Part shown: positions 24,259-29,161 of the stretch, one piece after another
Position numbering within the stretch: the first letter of the stretch is position 1
How the letters are laid out: each line of letters starts with the position of its first letter
IMG/VR virus record: IMGVR_UViG_3300044513_000330
Span: 1-29,161 of that record
Length of the DNA: 29,161 bases
DNA from: a virus
Taxonomy: Duplodnaviria; Caudoviricetes
Strand: one strand, 5' to 3'
The notes under the pieces: generated by a model
Database searches by the model: none
The model's input: the letters and a program-made list of their open reading frames with translations, nothing else
What the model was told of the DNA's origin: nothing
Made by a program: the position numbers and the translations under genes

Positions 24259-26777
24259 TTGAAGATACCTCTCAGAGGATTAATAGAGGACGCGAGTGAG
24301 GAAACAACAGACTTAACAGCACCTCTTCCACCGCCTGTTGGAATGACCTGAGGTTGACTATTGCCACTACCCATTTGCATTGCTTGCTGAATACCTTGTT
24401 GTGCCTGCATAATAATTTGTTCATTACTAGTATTAGATAGTCTAACTGCTTCTATTGCCGCTTGAACCATTTGGGAAGACTTCTCATTTGCCCTTTGTCT
24501 TGCTCGATTTCTCTCTTCAGTCGCATCGATTATAGATCGAGCATCACCATGTGAATTTATATTGCCAGTTTTATAGTTTTCTAGTGGTACAGGTCTAGTA
24601 GATCTACCACCCATGATATCAGCAAGTGTAACTTTCTTCTTAGTTTCTTCTCTGGTTCCACTACTATGCGTCGAAGTCGAACTACTAGAACCCCCAGTAA
24701 CGGAAGGTCCTAGCGATGGTTTGCTGCCAGGAGGACCTAACTTAGGAGTAGATCCTGCACCAGGTCCAACATATTTGAAGTGAGCACTACCAGGTCCATG
24801 ATTATAAACGTATTGCCAACCATATTTTCTACCATTTTTTCTCATCCATTCATATCCATCACCATTCATGTCAATCGCTTCACCGTACATATGGTGTGAG
24901 TTTGGATGCCCACCAACAGAGTTGTTCTTTGCATCACTACGACCCGTGCTAGCAATATATGCACCAAGGTTCATTCCAGATGCCTTCAACGCCTTTGAAA
25001 ACTGTTCTGCAGCAGGTTGAGAGAATGCTAAGGGTCTACCATGTTGATCCTTCTGATCTTTAATGCCATATCCAGCACCTGTATCAGGATGAGAAATACC
25101 TACCACATCAGCCGTACCGCCAGTATATTCAGGTGCTCTACCTTGATTATCATTACCTCCATGCTCAGCTGCGTTTGCGCCACCGATACCCAGTACAGAG
25201 TTCGCTAGATTCCCAAAGAAGTTCATAAAGGGATTACCACTAGGTTGTTGTGTTGGTGCCGTAACCTGTGCCCCTCTTAGATTAGAATATTGTTGCATCA
25301 ATCTGGATAGATGCTTGGTATATTGAGGATCTGTAGCATAACCTTCTTTCTGCAACTTAGACGCAGCAGCAAAAGCGTCTGGTGCATTGTTAACACCAGT
25401 ATACCCTCTATAATCTTTATACCATTGTGTTACTAGATGATTGATAGCATCAAAAGGTGTGCTAAAGTTCTTAAATCTTGCATCAACATAAACACTTCGA
25501 CCATTAATAACCTCTCTTGTGTTGGAAACTGTGGCGGATTCATTACCAGTTGCTTTGATACCGAAGAAGTTGTTTTTAGCAGATAGTGCTGTGCCCCATG
25601 CACTTTCTAGAGCAAACTGTGCAGCGACAAGTTCTGGATACTTAGCACCTGCTGCTTTGCCAAGACCCATGACCTTGGACCATTTCTGTTCATTATTACC
25701 AGTTATCTCTCCACCATTAGCGAAATATCCAAGTCTCTTTGCCTCACCAAGTCTCTTCTGAGTCAGATGGGGTTGTGTTTTTGTTCCAGGAGTATTAAAA
25801 GGAACGACGAAAGCTCCCCCATTTGCCTTTCTAGCAACATACTCAGTTCCATGTCCGATGAACGAGGTTGATCTCCCCCCGTCCAAAGATACCTTATATC
25901 CCGATTGTGGTCCACTAATCCAACCTCCTTGTGATCTACTTGGAAGAATCTTTACTGAACCTCCTTGGGATTTCTCCTCAGGTTGGTTCATCTGACTGAT
26001 GGCATAGGCAGAACCACCAACGATCGCTGCGCCACCGAGCAAGCGCATTGCTCCACCAAAGCGTCCGCGAGGTTTCTTGCCACCTCCTCCACCGCCACCA
26101 AGGACGAATCTGACGAGTGCTCTAACGCCGTTGGTGATGTCCTTTACAAGTTTCAGAGGATTTGAAAGATATCTGATACCCAGGACAACCGCCCCAATAC
26201 CTGCAAGTGCTTGACCGAGACCAACTATCCTATCCCACCAAGACGCATCGTCCCTTAGAAGATTATACAGTCCATCAATGGTGTTGGTAATACCAAACTT
26301 TGCCCAATCATAGATGAATGTAACTACTGATCTAATAGTTCTCAGTGCTGTTGCTATTGTTTCTTGATTCTTAGGATCTGATAACCATTTGAGAGCAGGT
26401 ATAACAACTAATAACTTAAAGAGGTTGGAAAATGTCGTTAATAATCCCTCCAAGAAGGATACTGATTTGCCTACAATACCAGCAACAAATCCACTCTTTT
26501 TCTCTTTTTTGGTTTTGGTATATTGTGCGTCAAAAGTTACAGCATTCTTTTTTTGTTGTGCATCAACTTGCATCAACATGACCTTTTTAAGGTCTTGAGC
26601 GATCTTAGCAATGCCATTCAAGACACTACCAATATTATTAAGTGCTTCAGTATTTTTATTAAGGGCTTTTACAGTTGCAACCGTTCCCTCATCAGCACCC
26701 TTCGCAGATGGTGAGACATCTTTTGTTGCTACAAACTTGTAGAAATTGATTTTAGTACTTTTTTGTACCGTTGCCAT
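24255..26777 (-). CDS. Tape-measure/ejection-like virion protein with GH73 glucosaminidase and M15-type peptidase domains
   Basis: LVAAQFALESAWG...NNFFGIKA...GYATDPQY (GH73); GRSDAKN...SHHMYGEAID...HFKYVG (M15 zinc peptidase); GGWISGPQSGY...HGTEYV motif; hydrophobic helices in the N-terminal part. Confidence 0.8.
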   Translation of the reverse strand: MATVQKSTKINFYKFVATKDVSPSAKGADEGTVATVKALNKNTEALNNIGSVLNGIAKIAQDLKKVMLMQVDAQQKKNAVTFDAQYTKTKKEKKSGFVAGIVGKSVSFLEGLLTTFSNLFKLLVVIPALKWLSDPKNQETIATALRTIRSVVTFIYDWAKFGITNTIDGLYNLLRDDASWWDRIVGLGQALAGIGAVVLGIRYLSNPLKLVKDITNGVRALVRFVLGGGGGGGKKPRGRFGGAMRLLGGAAIVGGSAYAISQMNQPEEKSQGGSVKILPSRSQGGWISGPQSGYKVSLDGGRSTSFIGHGTEYVARKANGGAFVVPFNTPGTKTQPHLTQKRLGEAKRLGYFANGGEITGNNEQKWSKVMGLGKAAGAKYPELVAAQFALESAWGTALSAKNNFFGIKATGNESATVSNTREVINGRSVYVDARFKNFSTPFDAINHLVTQWYKDYRGYTGVNNAPDAFAAASKLQKEGYATDPQYTKHLSRLMQQYSNLRGAQVTAPTQQPSGNPFMNFFGNLANSVLGIGGANAAEHGGNDNQGRAPEYTGGTADVVGISHPDTGAGYGIKDQKDQHGRPLAFSQPAAEQFSKALKASGMNLGAYIASTGRSDAKNNSVGGHPNSHHMYGEAIDMNGDGYEWMRKNGRKYGWQYVYNHGPGSAHFKYVGPGAGSTPKLGPPGSKPSLGPSVTGGSSSSTSTHSSGTREETKKKVTLADIMGGRSTRPVPLENYKTGNINSHGDARSIIDATEERNRARQRANEKSSQMVQAAIEAVRLSNTSNEQIIMQAQQGIQQAMQMGSGNSQPQVIPTGGGRGAVKSVVSSLASSINPLRGIFK

Positions 26778-26778
26778 A

Positions 26779-29161
26779 TCACTGCAGTCGTTCGGTCATG
26801 GAAGTTGGAGTTGCAGATACTACCCCACCTCCAGTATTTATGGGCACTGCCACCTGCATAGGCACAATCTTGTTTAGGATCAATGGGATTGGTACAAACT
26901 CCATAGCAGTTTGCATAGCATATTCTGCAGATATGCCACCTTCCTTAAATGCTTTATTAGTAACTGTTTCTACTCCACCAACAATCGTAGGATCAACACC
27001 AAGTTCTCTGGCAATAGTTGGTGCCATCGATGCTACATCACCACCCATCATGGATTCCATAAGACCACCCATGCCAAACTGATTGGCAATATTGGTGACC
27101 ATACCTGCAGGATTAAAACTACCACTACCAAGAATAGAACCTGCCAGTTGTCCTATAGCAGGATTGAGCATGGACAGTCCAGTTGTAGCAGCACCCATGA
27201 TATTTCCACTCATCAGACTGCCTGCAATATTACCAATAGGACCAGACATTATCCCACTCATTCCAGGAATCATTCCTAACATCGACATGGGATTACCAGT
27301 AGCAAGTGTATTAATACCTGCCATGATAGGTGCAGCACCAGGAATAAAGGATGCAGCAGTTCCAAGCACCTGCCCAACAGGACTTTGCATGACACCACTA
27401 ACTGCCTTACCAACACCCTTGAAGGCATTGCCAATACCTTTAACTACACCACCAAGGAACATTGGTTGCCTAGCATCCTTGTTCTCTTCTTCATTAGATT
27501 TACCCATAAGGGTATTAATAATCTCACCAATATTAGGCAGTTTTGATAATACCTTATCAATATCAGTTTTTAATCCTCTTGCACCAATAGCATCGACAAC
27601 TCCCTCTTCTCCTTGCTGCAACTGAGGAATAAAATCACGAACGAACATATATCCGTCAAGAAGCATTGATGCCACATTACCAGCACCTGCTGTAGCAAGA
27701 CCAGCAATATCTAAGACACCAGAAGTACCTTCAATCAATGCACCAATAGAGTCGCCATTTGCTGCCCTATCATAAGCAAACGCAAGGTTTACAAGTCCAC
27801 CGACAACAGGAAGAATTGCTGATGCTCTTTGTCCTAACTTAGAACCTGCGGTTGCAATATCACCGAAACCGTTAATACCTTTCTTCTTAAGAACCTCTGT
27901 TGCCTTTTCGGCACCAGGGATTTTCATTAACATATCGAACATTCCCTGTCCGATTTGTTTTGCTTTACCTGCTATAGGGTCAATGATTGGTTTTAATGGT
28001 GTTAAAACCTTTTCCAAGAAAAAGTTCTTAGCACCTGCTCCTAGTTTATCAAGTCCACCCTTAAATGCATCACCCGCAGCATTTGCCCAGTTCTTACCCT
28101 TTTCCCCAATAGCTTGAGATGCCTTAACAGTATTTTCCCAACCTACTTTAGCTGCTTTACTTAAATTATTATACTGCTTTCCTGCCCAATCAGGAAGTCC
28201 TTTTAATCCTTTAACTAAAAAATTCTTTCCAGCACCAAAAGCATCTCCAAGTCCAGTAGCAAATCGTGTGAATAGTCCAGGTTTTGGAGGATCAATCTTA
28301 GGGAATTTTCCCTTTTTAACATACTTATTAAATCTTTGCTGTGCCTTTGTTACACTGCCGCCAGTGTTCTCAAGTTCACCTAAGAACACTCTGGCAGCAT
28401 CATCACCACGTTCTTTTAAGATTTTCTTGTACGCTGCTTCGGCAGCATCACCATACTGACCCTTAACCGTGTTTGCAGCAGGTCTTCCTCTTGGACCATC
28501 TACATCTGGGTTTGCACCACTAGGGTTGGTTGGTGTAGGTTTGGCGGGTTTGGTAGGTTTTCTGGGTTTATCTGGATCGGGCGATGGTCCCCTACTACCG
28601 TCAACTAAATCCTCAGCACCACCAAGCAAGGCAGCAGCACCTTGTGCAGCAGCAATGATACCACCAATACCAGCAATAGCTGCAGCAATAGTACCAAATG
28701 CTTTTAGTCTTTCTTCAATGGTAGACTCTTTACCAAAGATAAAGTCAAGACCAGTACCAATGGCACCTGCAATATTTTCGCCAAACTCTTTTAGTTTATC
28801 AAAAACAAACTTTGCTTTTCTTAAGAACTCAGAAATCTTCTCTTGATTCTTTGGATCTCCAAGATATTTTAATAGTTCTGTAGTTAGTGCAAAAGCACCA
28901 ATCTTTATTAAAAGATCACCAATCGGTTTCAGGACATCCAGAAGAAATCCGAATAGTCCTAGTCCCTTTAACTTTTTACCAACTTTCTTCTGCAGACCTT
29001 TGTCCTTGCCTGCCTTCACCAGTTCCTGGGAATCTTCGGCAGATTGATCTTTTTGTCTACGTTCTCTTCTTCTCTCGAACTGCTCACGCTTCTTAGCGTC
29101 TTTTATCGAAGCAATCGAGATCTTTTCTATATCACTTATGACAGTTCCGATTGACGAAACT
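26779..29161 (-). CDS. Tape-measure/ejection-like virion protein (5' end outside the window)
   Basis: The frame stays open from 29019 to the window end (VSSIGTVISDIEKISIASIKDAKKREQFERRRERR...). Helical, Gly/Ala-rich, with hydrophobic segments and a ILPVVGGLVNLAFAYDR..GD..GA motif. Confidence 0.7.
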   Translation of the reverse strand, partial: VSSIGTVISDIEKISIASIKDAKKREQFERRRERRQKDQSAEDSQELVKAGKDKGLQKKVGKKLKGLGLFGFLLDVLKPIGDLLIKIGAFALTTELLKYLGDPKNQEKISEFLRKAKFVFDKLKEFGENIAGAIGTGLDFIFGKESTIEERLKAFGTIAAAIAGIGGIIAAAQGAAALLGGAEDLVDGSRGPSPDPDKPRKPTKPAKPTPTNPSGANPDVDGPRGRPAANTVKGQYGDAAEAAYKKILKERGDDAARVFLGELENTGGSVTKAQQRFNKYVKKGKFPKIDPPKPGLFTRFATGLGDAFGAGKNFLVKGLKGLPDWAGKQYNNLSKAAKVGWENTVKASQAIGEKGKNWANAAGDAFKGGLDKLGAGAKNFFLEKVLTPLKPIIDPIAGKAKQIGQGMFDMLMKIPGAEKATEVLKKKGINGFGDIATAGSKLGQRASAILPVVGGLVNLAFAYDRAANGDSIGALIEGTSGVLDIAGLATAGAGNVASMLLDGYMFVRDFIPQLQQGEEGVVDAIGARGLKTDIDKVLSKLPNIGEIINTLMGKSNEEENKDARQPMFLGGVVKGIGNAFKGVGKAVSGVMQSPVGQVLGTAASFIPGAAPIMAGINTLATGNPMSMLGMIPGMSGIMSGPIGNIAGSLMSGNIMGAATTGLSMLNPAIGQLAGSILGSGSFNPAGMVTNIANQFGMGGLMESMMGGDVASMAPTIARELGVDPTIVGGVETVTNKAFKEGGISAEYAMQTAMEFVPIPLILNKIVPMQVAVPINTGGGVVSATPTSMTERLQ

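Noticed and set aside
581-29096. All plus-strand ORFs in the track, e.g. 10470-11003, 13608-14156, 19922-20524, 27083-27625
   Set aside because: They lie antisense to well-supported minus-strand genes, show no recognisable motifs and look like shadow frames.
1-29161. CRISPR array, integrase, transposase, intron or homing endonuclease
   Set aside because: I saw no regularly spaced repeats, interrupted genes or matching protein motifs.

Overview
Window from a T4-like marine cyanomyovirus (Kyanoviridae-type, most likely infecting Synechococcus). Every supportable gene is on the minus strand. In transcription order (right to left) it holds: two paralogous tape-measure/ejection-like proteins, one carrying GH73 glucosaminidase and M15 peptidase domains; a baseplate hub protein; the auxiliary metabolic genes cp12 and cpeT; tRNA-Val; an exported HExxH protein; gp5; a sigma70-driven block of small ORFs with four tRNAs (Leu, Thr, Ala, Asn); and a late-promoter-driven tail fibre region. 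In that region five proteins share a 'GTTAQRP...RxNT...ExY' module and four of them end in variable tip domains, three fibrinogen/intelectin-like. The fibre genes are translationally coupled to modification enzymes: two 2OG-Fe(II) oxygenases, a small Cys-rich protein, and a fusion of a U32-family (Fe-S hydroxylase-like) domain with a SAM methyltransferase. This fibre-plus-modifier cassette is the best candidate for an undescribed system. All calls come from reading motifs by eye; no database searches were run.
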